A DNA stretch of 64,000 bases from the human T2T-CHM13v2.0 reference genome, Homo sapiens. Shown here piece after piece: positions 38,951-57,318 of this stretch. A model generated the notes under the pieces. The model had not been told where the DNA came from and did not search any database. It saw nothing but the letters and a program-made list of their open reading frames with translations. The stretch lies in NCBI RefSeq assembly GCF_009914755.1, contig NC_060930.1; one strand, given 5' to 3'. Position numbers and translations under genes: made by a program. Position 1 is the first letter of the stretch; each line of letters starts with the position of its first letter.

Positions 38951-40365
38951 AATTCTAGACCCGTATGACTTTTACTGAACTTTTCTGAGTCTGGTTTTTC
39001 ATCTGAAACTGAGACAGTAATTTCTACTTTACAGGATTATGGGGAGAATTTGAAATAGTTTATCTAAATGGCTTTGTAGAGTGCTTGGCATAGAGTAGGT
39101 TTTTTTTTAAAAAAAAATGGAGGCTGCTGTTTTACCTTTTTAAAAAGCATTTTACAGTGATGGATATGATAAAAATTAGATGGATAAGGTTAAGAAAAAG
39201 GAGGCATTGTGTATCCTTTCCCCCTGAATACGGTATAGTATCCTTTTCTTTGGGGAGATGCTCCTTTCATTTGTATTATATTGTTCAAAGGGGAGCTGCT
39301 ACCATCTTACAGATTCTACCTCCTTGATCACCCCACCCAGGAAATCCCTTGAGAGAGTACTTGGCTCAAACTGAGTTACTGAGTTAATCAAAGAATGAAA
39401 TTTTTAAAATTGGAAACAAAAAGAGCTAATCTCAGCATGGGAGCTCTCCACAGTTCTGTTTTTCTGTCATCTGGAAAAAGCTGATTTGAAAAACAAAATT
39501 TAGTAGAGCATAGATAGATGGAAACAGAATCTGGAAGGACTTTGAAACTGATTGTAGCTGTTGCTGAGTCTCAGCTGTCTATTGCTTGGTTCTATAAGCA
39601 CAGACTTGCTCATAAGCTTGTTGGGTTTCTGAACTCACAACCGAAAAAGTCCTGATAAATAACAGAAAACAAGATGAAATCAGGAGAACATTAAGGTCCA
39701 CATACTTTTGCTGAACATAGATCACATATAGCTTTAGAGATTCTAGTAGTGTGCTGGAAGATTTGAAACAGAAGGAATAGGACACCACTATAAAGCAATG
39801 TGGAAAATTAGTGTGTCATAAGATTTTTAAAATCTTATTTAAAAAATTTCTAGTTCTTACTGGCTTTTAGAAGCACTAGACAAAAAACTTTGGAGGCATA
39901 TAATGGTAAAAGTTTTGGACTATAGAATTTGTGTTTGAAGAGTGCAGATGGTTTTGTCTGAAAATACAATTTGCAAATTTAGCCCAGTTCTAGGAAATAA
40001 AAGCAGGTAGCAGTTTAACTCACCTGGATTTATTAGGCTGTATTCTCAAGATGCAAGAGAGACTGGGTCTGGGTGTTAAAATTTTTTTTTCTGAATCCTG
40101 TTGCATTTATTTTACCACTGACACCATTTTTGTGAATCTGCTCTTCCATGTAAGGAAAATAAATTCACAAATAGATATCAGTATTTTTTGTATAGAGTCA
40201 ATAGTTTTTTTCTGTCATGAAAGGTGTGGCTATTTTGCAACTATTGGATGGTATTATTTCCTATCAGGTTCCAAGTGTTTCTTACTGACTACATTTCAGT
40301 TCCCTTTAAAAGTGTGTGAATAAAGTTATTGAAAGTAAAACTACATTTTAAGTGCATTGAGAAAC

Positions 40366-40675
40366 TTTTTTTTTTTTTTATTCCAGTCAGGGTCCTTCTC
40401 TATTACCCTGGCTAGAGTGCCGTGGTGCGACCTCAGCTAACTACAACCTCTGCCTCCTGGGCTCCAGCAATCCTCCTGCATCAGCCTCTTGAGTAGTTGG
40501 GACTACAGGTGCATGCCACCACACCCACCTAATTTTTTTTTGTTTGTTTTGTTTTTGATACTGGGTTTCACCATGTTGCCTGGGCTGGTCTTGAACTCCT
40601 GAGTTAAAGCAATCCGCGCTGCTCCCCTCGGCCTCCCAGAGTGCTTGGATTACAGGCATTAGCCACCATGCCCAA
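40366..40675 (-). mobile_element. AluJ-like SINE
   Basis: Poly-T...ggctagagtgccgtggtgcg...gattacaggcattagccaccatgccc. Confidence 0.9.
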
Positions 40676-41754
40676 TGAGTAACAATTCTTTAATAAAATC
40701 ACATGTTAACTTTTCATGGTAGAGTGGATTTTTAGAGATATTCCTAAACATTAACTGAACAGAATGTAAACGATGTGACGGAGTGATGACATTTTTACTG
40801 TCTTTTCCTCCCTTGAGACTCATTAAAAACAGTAAGTACAATGAAAAAGATTTGATATTAATAGATTAAAAAGCAGATTTAAGATAAAAACATTGCTTTT
40901 CAGATGAAATAAGGAAGCTACAATTTATAATAGTAAAAATACCTTCCAAATGTTTTGGAGGGAGCAACCTGAAATCTGATATAAACTTTCCCAGACTTTG
41001 TGCCAGATGCAGATTTCTCTGAAAGGCTCATCTGATCATTGTAGGCTCAAATCCTGTACAGAAGGATAGCTGGGGAATGTGGAGCTGAAAGAGAAGCCTC
41101 ACTAACTGTAAGCCCTAATAATTGGAAGTCTGAAAACCAAGGAGAAGGAGACATGCTCTTAGGGAAGACAGATGTAATGAGAGAATATTTTGGATAACAA
41201 TTTATAGCTCTTCTTCCTTGCTGTGCTATTCATCAAATAACTGACACCATGGAAACGTGAGTAATCAGACACAAGTATCTTTATGGATACCTGTGTTTTA
41301 TATAACAAAAAAAAAGTTGTCCAGAAGAAAACCTTGATTAAAATCCTTTATGTCCCAGGAGGAAAAAAATGGCATGATATGTAACACCAAGACATCTGTT
41401 AAGTTATGGAACTTTAAAGAATGAATACTGACTCAAAGAAGAAGTTGAAATTTTTAATTGACTAAACACACCGTAAGTGAATTTGAAACGTATTTAAGGC
41501 TCTACAACTGAGAAAGACAGCAAGGCCAGATGATGGCTGTGTTTTAATTGGTCTTTAAGCTACTCAAACTGTAGAAAAAGATGGAAAGCCACCCAATTTA
41601 TTTTATGAATCCAGCATAACTTTAAACCTGATCATCATAAACCAAATCTCACAGGGAGAGATTTCATATCAGGAAATTTATCAATCTCAATGCATGATAT
41701 GAAATTATAAGAGAAAAATAAAATGTTCACTTTGATAAAAGGAAGGGGTTTCCT

Positions 41755-41950
41755 GTACTGGGTATGGTGGTGAAGAACACAGTAACAAAATGGTACCACT
41801 GTCTTGATGCGTGCCTAGCAGTTCTAGTCACCGTCACCACTGCGTTTACACTAGCAGTGCAAATCTCAACACAATGAGAAAAGCAACTAGCATCTTCGTA
41901 TTATCATGAAAGTTGTTTTGACCTTGTGGACCACACTTTGAGAACCACTG
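41755..41950. mobile_element. hAT-Charlie MITE fragment (MER119-like)
   Basis: Ends gttttgaccttgtggaccacactttgagaaccactg. Confidence 0.6.
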
Positions 41951-42277
41951 ACCTAAAATGACCTAGTATGGTCTTTAGCATGTAGTAGACAATCAGTAAA
42001 TGTTTAGTGGATGAATAAGTGACAAAAGGGGAGGTATTCTCTCTACCCCTTGTCTTTACCGTCTCCTACCTTTTCTTCCTTCCTCAAATATTCAAGTATA
42101 ATATCTCCTCAAGACTAACCACTATCATGCCGATTGCTATAAAACAGACATTCTTCCAGGGACTGCATTAGGCTCTTAAAATGTATTTAACAAATTTTAT
42201 ATACTGGACTTTAGATGGTCAGTTTACCCTACATTTTATAGTAAACTTACCTTTAAAAGTAGGCATCGCGTCAAACA

Positions 42278-42535
42278 TAGCTAATGTTTATATTGTGCTT
42301 ACCACATACCAAGTGCTATTCCAAGTAATTGCTATCTAATTTACCTGTCTATCCTATCTAATCATCTCAACAATCCTACGTGCTAGGAGGTATTATACTC
42401 CACACACGGGAAAGAGGCTAAGGAAGGTTAAGCAACTTGGCCAAGGCCACTGAGCTAATAAGGCCTGGAGCTGAACTCAGCCCAAGAAACCGAGTTTTGA
42501 AGCCTGTGCTTTTGCTCATAAGCTTTATTGCCTCT
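42278..42535. mobile_element. MIR SINE
   Basis: atagctaatgtttatattgtgcttacca...gaaggttaagcaacttggccaaggccac. Confidence 0.75.
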
Positions 42536-42852
42536 CTACATAGATAATATATAGGAAAGAAGGAGCCTGCCTGGGGAATATTAATTTCTTCTAGTCTAGT
42601 CTTACTTCTTTCACTCTTTGTGATCCTTTATATTAAGTCTGTCAACATTTTTCCACCAGTAAGAGACTAAATGTAAAGTCTATTTTCAGGGATCTCATAG
42701 TTTTTAGATTTCTCTGTGATGTGGTCACACAAGATTTTGGGAAACGTTCTTCATTTCTTAGTGTACATCTTTGCAAACTTAAATGGTTTTCATGGCTTTT
42801 CAGCAAAAACACAATAAACAACCTTACGTAGCTTCCATAAAGAAATTAAATG

Positions 42853-43159
<307 letters not shown>

Positions 43160-44647
43160 TTAAATGACCACTAGATGGCAGTCAAATAAAGCTCAGCTTA
43201 TATGTGTCTTGAAACCATAAACAGGTAGCAGCTGCAAATAAAATCAGAGAGGGCTCCAACCTTCACCCAGAACTGGGACACAACCAACCCTACTTCCCTA
43301 GCCTGATTACTTCCCCAAGCTAAGTGCCACATGATAGGGTAAAAAGAGTTGGGGCCTTGGAATCGAACTGATCTCGCTCTGAAAACTGGCTCTAAAAATG
43401 AGTAGCTGTGTGAACTTGGCAAATCACTCAAGTCTTATCCCTTTCCTTATCTAAAGAGACATAAAAACTTTGTTTTGCCAGAATTTAAACCCTTTCCTTC
43501 TTGCCGTTTACTCAGGGAAGAGGGAGAAAGGAGGCCCTGAGTTCTGGGAGAACAAGTCAGACAGCAGCAACAAAACCATCTTGCTCTTGTTTGTCATTTC
43601 TGTTGGATGTTGACGCCTTGAGGGCTCCTTTGACCCCAGGTTGCTGCAGTGAGTCCTGAACCTTTTCTCACATGTGTTATTTGCCACTTCCTGTCCTTGA
43701 TTCTCTGGTGGCACCTCCCGTTCCTCCATTTTGTCCTGCAATGTGCTCCTACCACAACCAGGCCAAAGAGAAAGCAAATCCCATTTATGGTTGCTTATGT
43801 AACCAGCTCATATAATAGTTTTGTAGTGAGCTTTGTGCTCCAGGCTTCTTAAGGAGTTTCTGGTAGGGCATCTCTGGTTTTGCCACTTCTGTCTTTTTCC
43901 TATGTGAAGTCTAGTATAATTCATATAGAGTTGGAGTCTGCCAGTACAGTCCAGAGCCAGTGGTCAGTGGAGAGAGTCTATGGTGCCACGACCATGCCTG
44001 AAAAAGTGAATCCATTTTCTGCCCAAATTCTAAGCAGGAAATGACTTTTCTCTCCAAAATGGGGTTAAAATGTCCATATTGTGGTGATGATGTGACTGTA
44101 GGGTCACAGAAGCAGAGAATAGTCCTACCCCAGAAGGAACGTGGTCACCTGAAAGACTTCAGAAGTGAAACATGCTATATAGGAGGACAGAGCAAGACAA
44201 CATCACACAGATCTTTCCACTGACAAAATAGCCAGCCATCTGCAGTATGCTTTAGGGAAAAGCAAAACCTTTCATGGATATCAGTAAGTCTTGACCCAGG
44301 GCTTAGACAGTATTTTGAACAAGTGACAAAACTAGTGATTATGATTCTTAATAGTGATAAAAATCCTGGAGTATGAGAAAAACAACATAGTATACATAAA
44401 AGTATTCAGGGACCGTTTCCTTAGTCTCACCAAGATTATCACCAGTTCCATGGAGAGAGAGGGAGAAGTAGAGAATGAAATAAAATAATGTATATTCGTT
44501 TTAGTCTATTGAATTTGTGAATGTATGTGTAATGCAAAAATGCCTTTATGTTTGTTTATCTTGATCTGAACCTGTGTTCTTACTGAGGCAAGAAAAAAAT
44601 TGCCATTCAAAGGCTACATTCTCATCTGGCTTATTAATTAATTGATT

Positions 44648-44944
44648 ATTTTTTTTGTACGTGTATGAGATGGAGTCTCACTCTGTTGCCCAGGCTGGAG
44701 TGCAGCGGCATGATCTCAGCTCACTACGTCTGCCTCCCGGCTCAAGTGTTTCTTGTGCCTCAGCCTCCCAAGTAGCTAGACTATAGGCATATGCCACCAT
44801 GCCCTGCTAATTTTTGTATTTTTAGTAGAGACATGGTTTTGCAATGTTGGCCAGACTGGTCTCAAAAACTCCTGACCTCAAGTGGTCTGCCCGCATTGGC
44901 TTCCCAAAGTGCTGGGATTACAGGCATGAGCCACCATGCCCAGC
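44648..44944 (-). mobile_element. AluS-like SINE
   Basis: gagatggagtctcactctgttgcccaggctgg...gagccaccatgcccagc. Confidence 0.92.
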
Positions 44945-45255
44945 TGTCATCTGGTTTAAATTATAAATCACTGCATATACAAAATAAGTAGCAATCAACA
45001 TAAAATTCCCTTGGGCTGTTTCTCCTCACTCAGGGATCTGCCTTTGTTCTTAGTGTGGTGTCTGTGTGTGCAAGAAGTGGATACATCCTCTAGGGAGCAG
45101 GAGGAGACAAGACTCCGTGTTTCTGAGCCTCTTGCTCTCCTCTGCCCCTTTCCTCCCTAGTTGAGTATTGATGTGAGAAGACATCTCACCTCTTGCCTGG
45201 CCCTTGCTTTTGCTCTCTGTGTCGGAACTTCTCTTGTTCAGAACCAGAAGGGCTC

Positions 45256-45746
45256 TGGATTAGCTTTCTATTGCTGCTGTAATTATCACACAAATTTAGT
45301 GGTGCAAAAACAATAGACATGTATTATTTTATATGCTGGAGGTCAGAAGTCTGACATGAATCTCACTGGGCTAAAATTAAGGCTTCCAAAGGAAGCTCTA
45401 GGGGGAAAATTCCTTTCCTTGCCTTTTCCAGCTTCTTTAGGCTGCTGGCAATTCTTAGCTCATGGCCCCCTTTCCCCATTTTCAAAGCCACCTGTAGAGG
45501 GTTGAGCCCTTCTTAAACTGCAGTCCTCCATCCTTCATGCATAATCACCTCTCCCTGATTCTGTCTCCCTCTCCACTCTTAAAAACCCTTGTGATTACAT
45601 TTGGCCCACCTGTCTGAAGGCTCTTAATCACATTAGCAAAATCCCTTTTGCCGTGTAAGGTAATGTATTCACAGATTCCTGGGACTAGAATGTGTGTATA
45701 TATCTAGGTGGCAGTGGTGGTGGTGGGGATTATTCTGCCAGCCACA
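45256..45746 (-). mobile_element. MLT1-family (MaLR) solo LTR
   Basis: ttagctttctattgctgctgtaa...ctggaggtcagaagtctga...gattattctgccagccaca. Confidence 0.8.
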
Positions 45747-46442
45747 GGCTCTCTGCTTCCTGTCAGATTGAAATGTTCCTATATTCTAGCCTTCTTTTCC
45801 CTATGCTGTGGTATTCACCCTTCCCTTCTTTATGGCAGTAAAGGAAGGCTTCAGACAAAGGATTCAGCTTACCAGTGAGTGAAAGTACTTTTTAGGTGGG
45901 GGGTGTTTTAAAAAATCATCCCCAGAATAAATAGTGACTTGCCCAGGGAGTTTTGAGGGGCATTGATGAATACAGTGAAAAGGAAACACTTTACCCTGGG
46001 AATAATTCACCATTCCAACAACTAGACTCTTAAAATTAGCTAGACAACTAATTTCATGGTAGATAATGACACTGGAAAGAGGAAGATAATAAGATCCCCT
46101 GCTGATCAAATCTGAGCCTGAAGCCTATTTAGTGACTAAGATAAGAAATGAGGTTATCGACTACTTAAACAACAAAGCTGAGGAAAACTGGGTGGTGGAC
46201 AAAGAAGAGAAAATATAAATTAAAAATTTGAGGGTGAATTTTAGAACTTTAGAAATAAGTTTTCCTGATGGCTGAGAATTCAAACCAACATACTTTCCTG
46301 TCCTTGTGATAAACAATACTGGAACTGGACATTCTTTCCTGTCCCAAGTGAAATACCAAAAGCAAACAAAAATAGATTAGGTACTTGCTCTCCAGGAAAT
46401 ATTTGCTCTTGGAAGATAAAATTCTGAATAAAAATAGCTTAT

Positions 46443-46902
46443 TAAGGGAGAAGACTACCCCTCATATTTTCTTATGCCCAATTTCTGCCTCCAAAGAAAG
46501 AAGAAGTAAAAACTAAAAGACAGAAATGAAATCCACAGGCAGAGAGCCCAGCGCCGCACCCTGGGCCTGGTTAAAGATTGACCCCTGACCTAACCGGTTA
46601 TGTTGTCTATAGATTCCAGACATTGTATGGAAAAGCACTGTGAAAATCCCTGTCCTGTTCTGTTCCATTCTGATTACCAGTGCATGCAGCCGCCAGTCAC
46701 GTACCCCCTGTTTGCTCAATCAATCACGACCCTCTCACGCAAACCCCCTTAGAGTTGTAAGCCCTTAAAAGGGACAGGAATTGCTCACTCGGGCAGCTCC
46801 GTTTTTAGAGACGTGAGTCTTACCGAAGCTCCTGGCCTAATAAAGCCCTTCCTTCTTTAACTTGGTGTCTGAGGGGTTTTGTCTGTGGCTTGTCCTGCTA
46901 CA
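46443..46902 (+). promoter_or_regulatory. 5' LTR (LTR2)
   Basis: taagggag...cctgctaca; TATA-like cccttaaaag and AATAAA present; direct repeat of 59373-59828. Confidence 0.93.
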
Positions 46903-46907
46903 TTTCT

Positions 46908-46925
46908 TGGTTCCCTGACCGGGAA
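46908..46925 (+). promoter_or_regulatory. Primer-binding site complementary to the tRNA-Glu 3' end
   Basis: TGGTTCCCTGACCGGGAA, 5 nt after the 5' LTR; reverse complement of tRNA-Glu(CTC) ...TTCCCGGTCAGGGAACCA. Confidence 0.92.
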
Positions 46926-47321
46926 GCGAGGTGATTAACAGACTTCGAGGCAGCCCCTTAGGAGGCTTAGGTCTGCCCTGTGGAATATCCCTGTGGGGGA
47001 CTCCAGCCAGCTTGAGCAACACGAATCCTGAGAGCGCTCCCGGGTAGGCAATTGCCCTAGTGGAACAGCTCACCAGAGCAGTGCCTGGCAGGCCCCCGTG
47101 GAGGATCAACGCAGTGGCTGAACACCGGGAAGGAACTGGCACTAGGAGTCTGGACATCTGAAACTTGGTAAGACTGGTCTTCGGAACTCGCCCACTCCAT
47201 TTGAGTGGAAGCGTGGCCTGATCACCCATGGCAGCCTGTACCTGCGCTTTGGTTTTTGTTTTTGACTTGACTTGGATTGCTTGATACTTGGGTTTTGGTT
47301 TTGACCTGGCTTGGATTTCTT

Positions 47322-52940
<5,619 letters not shown>

Positions 52941-53077
52941 TGGATTTCTTGATACTCTGATTTTGGTTTTGATTCTGGTTTGGTGTAAACTGTAAAAGTG
53001 TGTGTGTGCCCGTTTTACCCGTTTTTTCTTTTGTAGTGTGCTTGTGGTGTGAGCATGGTGTTTTGTCTTGAGGAAGC

Positions 53078-53390
53078 ATGGGTCAGGCACGAAGTAAGCC
53101 CACCCCACGAGGAACTATGATGAAAAATTTCAAGAAAGGATTTAAGGGAGATTACAGTGTTACTATGACACCAGGAAAACTTAGAACTTTGTGTGAAATA
53201 GACTGGCCAGCGTTAGACATGGGTTGGCCATCAGAAGGAAGCCAGTACAGGTCCCTTGTTTCAAAGGTATGGCACAGGTAACCTGTAAGCCAGGGCACCC
53301 AGATCAGTTCCCGTACATAGACACTTGGTTACAGCTGGTTTTAGATGCCCCCCACAGTGGTTGAGAGAACAGCAGCATAAGTGGCTGGCA
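53078..53390 (+). pseudogene. HERV-E-like gag (matrix) N-terminal remnant
   Basis: MGQARSKPTPRGTMMKNFKKGFKGDYSVTMTPGKLRTLCEIDWPAL..GWPSEGS, then a frameshifted PGHPDQFPYIDTW. Confidence 0.85.
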
Positions 53391-53394
53391 GAGG

Positions 53395-53407
53395 CAAGGA
53401 AAGACCA

Positions 53408-53447
<40 letters not shown>

Positions 53448-53600
53448 GAGATAGAGAAGAAAAGAGGCAAAGAGAGAGAGGAAGAGACAGACAAAGCAGA
53501 GTCAAGGAGAGAGAGAGAGAGGCAGAGAGAGAGGAAGAGACAGAGGCAAAAGGAAAAGAGAGAGACAAAGTCAAAGAGAGAAAGAAAGAAAAAGAGAAAT
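53395..53600. repeat. GA-rich polypurine low-complexity tract
   Basis: (GA)n and AG-rich run, directly visible. Confidence 0.9.
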
Positions 53601-55274
53601 ATACAAGTAGTTGAGAAAAAAACAAACAAACAAAAAAAAACCCCAGTGTACCCGATTCCTTTAAAAGCCAGGGTAAATTAAAACTGTAATTGATAATTGA
53701 CCCTACAACACTCCAATACCACCTTGTTGTAAGTGTAAACAAGGGCGTAGCCTGAAAGCACTGAGGCCGCTGGCAACCTGTAGCCTTCCAATAAAAAATC
53801 CTTAACCCAGTAACCCGTGGATGGCCCAAATGCATTCAATCTGTAGTGGCAACTGCTTTGCTAACAGAAGAAAGTAGAAAAATAACTTTTAGAGGAAACG
53901 TCATTATGAGCACACCTCACTAGTTCAGAAGTATCCTTAGTTAAAAAAAAAAAAGAGAAAAAAAGATGATTTAACATTAACCACTGAAAATTCCCTTAAC
54001 CCAGCAGGTTTCCTAACAGGGGATCTAAATCTTAATTACCATGCAAAGGTCAGACCAGACCTAGGAGGAACTCCCTTCAGGACAGGACAATAGATGGTTT
54101 CTCCCGGGTAATTGAAGGAAATAAAAAAAGGCATCTATACCAATTCTAAGTTAATTTAGACTAAACAAGGTCTTATTAATAGCAAAATATAATTGAAATC
54201 CCAAACTTACAAGGTTTTCAATAAAAGTAAAGTTTGCTAAAAGTTAACAGTGTAACATGCATTACAGTAACTTCTAATCTTGTGGCCTTAGACACACATA
54301 AAGAAAGTTTGCTTTGGAAAAAAATGGTTATCATCTTCAAAAAAAAAAAAGGGGGGGGGAAACGGGGGGTCAGAATTTATGTAAAAAGAATGTTATATGG
54401 TAAATTCTTGTCCTGAAATAAATTAACTGGTTGTTTAAAGAAAGAAATGTTAGTAATAAGTCAGAAAATTGAGGCATGTCGAAGAATTGTCTGTGAAGTT
54501 GTGAAGGAGAAAAAAATTGTTATAAAAAAAGAATTTATGCAAGAAATGTTGTATAATTTAAAAGTAATTTGGCCTCCTGAATGTAAAACTATTGAGGAAA
54601 CAGTTTATGTGCAGGGTGTATAAGGAAAGTAAAATATACCTTTAGTAAAAGGATTATAAGAAGGCATAAGAATATAAATTTTTACCTATATTAAAAGGTT
54701 AAAACAATTTGTTTTGAAGGTTTAAGCAAGTTTTAAAATGTTAATTGTAAAGAAAATTCTGTGTGTAAACATATTAGCTAAAGTTAAAGGGGTATCATCC
54801 AGTTTTTCTGTGAACTGGACATTAAAGTAAAAACACAATGGGTTTTTCTTAAAGCACTGACCTGCTCTCTAACAAAGATTATAAAAGGTTAAAAAGAGTC
54901 TATAAAAATCTCACCTTATGGTCTGACATTAAAAATTGAATAAATATGTCTACAAAGTTTTATTAAAATTAAGTTTAACATTAATAACACACTAATACAA
55001 ACGTGAAATTTAGCTTATCTGGTATAAAAATCATACAGGAAGCATTATTAAATATAAAATGATGTTTGGCTTTCTTTGGTCTAAAAACTAATAAAAATAG
55101 GTGCTAAAGGAAATTTATCAGTAAGAAGGCACCAAGGACTATAAAGTCCACTGCTGATGTCCCCACATTTAAAACAAAATGTCAGTTTCTTAGAAATTAT
55201 ATACTTGGTTTATCTTCCACTTTCCTTTCCCTCAAAACTAAAAGTCTTTTAGCACAGTTACCACCAATAGAATT

Positions 55275-56682
55275 TCCAGTAAACCAGCCTGAAGATTACC
55301 TTCTCATCAAAGGGTGGAAAAAAGGAAAACTCAAGCCAGCCTGGGAAGGACCCTACCTTGTGCTGCTAACCACTGAGACTGCTGTTCGTACAGTGAACAA
55401 GTGATGGATTCATCACACCCGAGTCAAAGCACCACTCCCTCCAGAGTCGTAGGCCACAGTCCTAGGGGAAAACCCTACCAAACTAAAGCTAAGAAAAGTT
55501 TAACTCCTTCATCTATTCTATTAGTCTTTCTTCTTTCCTCGCTCTATTGCTGACTAGTTATTAACATAACCAAGTCAATTTCACCTCAAACTATTGCATT
55601 TAATGCTTGCCTTGTTATACCCTGTGGGAACTTGCCAAGTCAAAGACAGCTCTCTACTTCAGAAAAGTACCTCTGTCCCTCCTGACTCTCCTCAGACTGG
55701 GCATTAGTAAACTGGGACCATTTAATCCAGGGAGATTTCAATAAAGACGCCAGTGACAATGAGGAGTCTTGCCCCACAATGTAGAGCTTTTATGCTATAG
55801 TTGGTCCAACGTTCTGTGGACCACTAAAGAGCAAGGATGGACTGCCCCAACCAGTTTTTGTCATTTCCTAATATCATACCTTCATTTTACTAGAGGATCA
55901 TAGAAATTAAAGACTTAAAACAAACTTTGGTAATTAAGACAGGTTACCAAGATACAAATGCCTGGTTGGAATGGATCAAATATTCTGTCCACATGTTAAA
56001 CAAAAGCAATTGTTATGCTTGTGCACATGGCAGGCCAGAGACCCAGATTTTCCCCTTTCCATTAAGGTGGTCCTCCTGTTGACCAGGTGTGGGCTGCATG
56101 TTAGTTCTTTTCCAGGATTCTACAGCCTGGAGTAATAAGTCATGCCAAGCTCTCTCTGCTATATCCCGAAGTCTGGCACCCTGCAGGTCAGTCCCCGAGG
56201 GCCATCCAGCTTCTGTCTCCCAACACTAAGTTTGCTTTGTGTCTCTCACGACAGGGAGGAAACTTAGCATTCCTTGGAGACCTGAAAGCATGCAGTGAGC
56301 TTGAGAATTTTCAAGAGCTTATCAATCAGTCAGCCCTTGTTCATCCCCCAGTGGATGTGTGGTGGTATTGTGGTGAACCTTTACTGGGCACTCTGCTGAG
56401 TAACTGGAGTGTCACTTTTGCTTTAGTCCAATTGGCCGTCCCTTTCACCCTGGCATTTCATCAACCAGAGGGAGAGAAAATAAGACATCATAAAGCGAGA
56501 GAAGCCCCTTATGGGTCTTTCGACTCTCATATCTATTTAGATGCAATTGGAGTCCCATGGGGAATACCAGATCAATTTAAAGCTTGAAATCAAATAGCTG
56601 CAGGATTTGAGTCAATATTTTGGTGGGTGACAGTTAATAAAAATGTAGATTGGATAAACTACATCTATTACAACCAATAGCA
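55275..56682 (+). pseudogene. HERV-I/IP-like integrase C-terminus plus env remnant
   Basis: LIKGWKKGKLKPAWEGPYLVLLTTETAV (GPY/F module), then env-like ..DAIGVPWGIPDQFKA*NQIAAGFESIFWWVTVNKNVDWINYIYYNQ. Confidence 0.75.
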
Positions 56683-57238
56683 ATGAGCTTTTCATGAGTT
56701 AAAAGAAAAACTAATGTCGGCCCCAGCCCTGGGGCTACCTGACCTGACAAAACCCTTTACACTCTATGTGTGAAATGGCAGTTGGAGTTTTAACCCAGAC
56801 TGTGGGGCCCTGGCCAAGGCCAGTGGCCTATCTCTCAAAACAACTAGACGGGGTTTCCAAAGGCTGGCCCCCATGTCTAAGGCTGGCAGCAACAGCCCTG
56901 TTAGCACAAGAAGCAGATAAACTAACCCTTGGGCAAAACCTGAATATAAAGGCCCCCCATGCTGTGGTAACTTTGATGAATACCAAAGGACATCATTGGC
57001 TAACAAATGTTAGATTAACCAAGTACCAAAGCTTGCTATGTGAAAATCCCCGCATAACCACTGAAGTTTGCAGCACCCTAAACCCTGCCACCTTGCTGCT
57101 GGTATCAGAGAGCCCAGTTAAACATAACTGTGTAGAGGTATTGGACTCAGTTTATTCTAGTGGGTCCAACCTCTGAGACCATCCTTGAACATCAGCAGAC
57201 TGTGAGCTGTACGTGGACGGGAGCAGCTTCGCCAACCT
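56683..57238 (+). pseudogene. pol remnant (RT connection to start of RNase H)
   Basis: AFHELKEKLMSAPALGLPDLTKPFTLY..AVGVLTQTVGPWPRPVAYLSKQLDGVSKGWPPCL..LYVDGSSF. Confidence 0.85.
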
Positions 57239-57318
57239 CTGCAAAATGACTCTGAAGAAGACGACAAGCCCTGCTCCCGTCACACCCATAAGCTGACTAG
57301 TCCACGCATGACTGAAGC

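Larger units (their letters stand above)
35921..38955 (+). other. CD2AP: CD2AP 3'UTR (distal end inferred)
   Basis: AU-rich, free of recognisable interspersed repeats, with several AATAAA; MIR-like sequence begins just after ~38990. Confidence 0.8.

Noticed and set aside
53261-53835. Arg/Glu-rich and Leu/Ser-rich ORFs of 77-164 aa
   Set aside because: Translations of the GA low-complexity tract.
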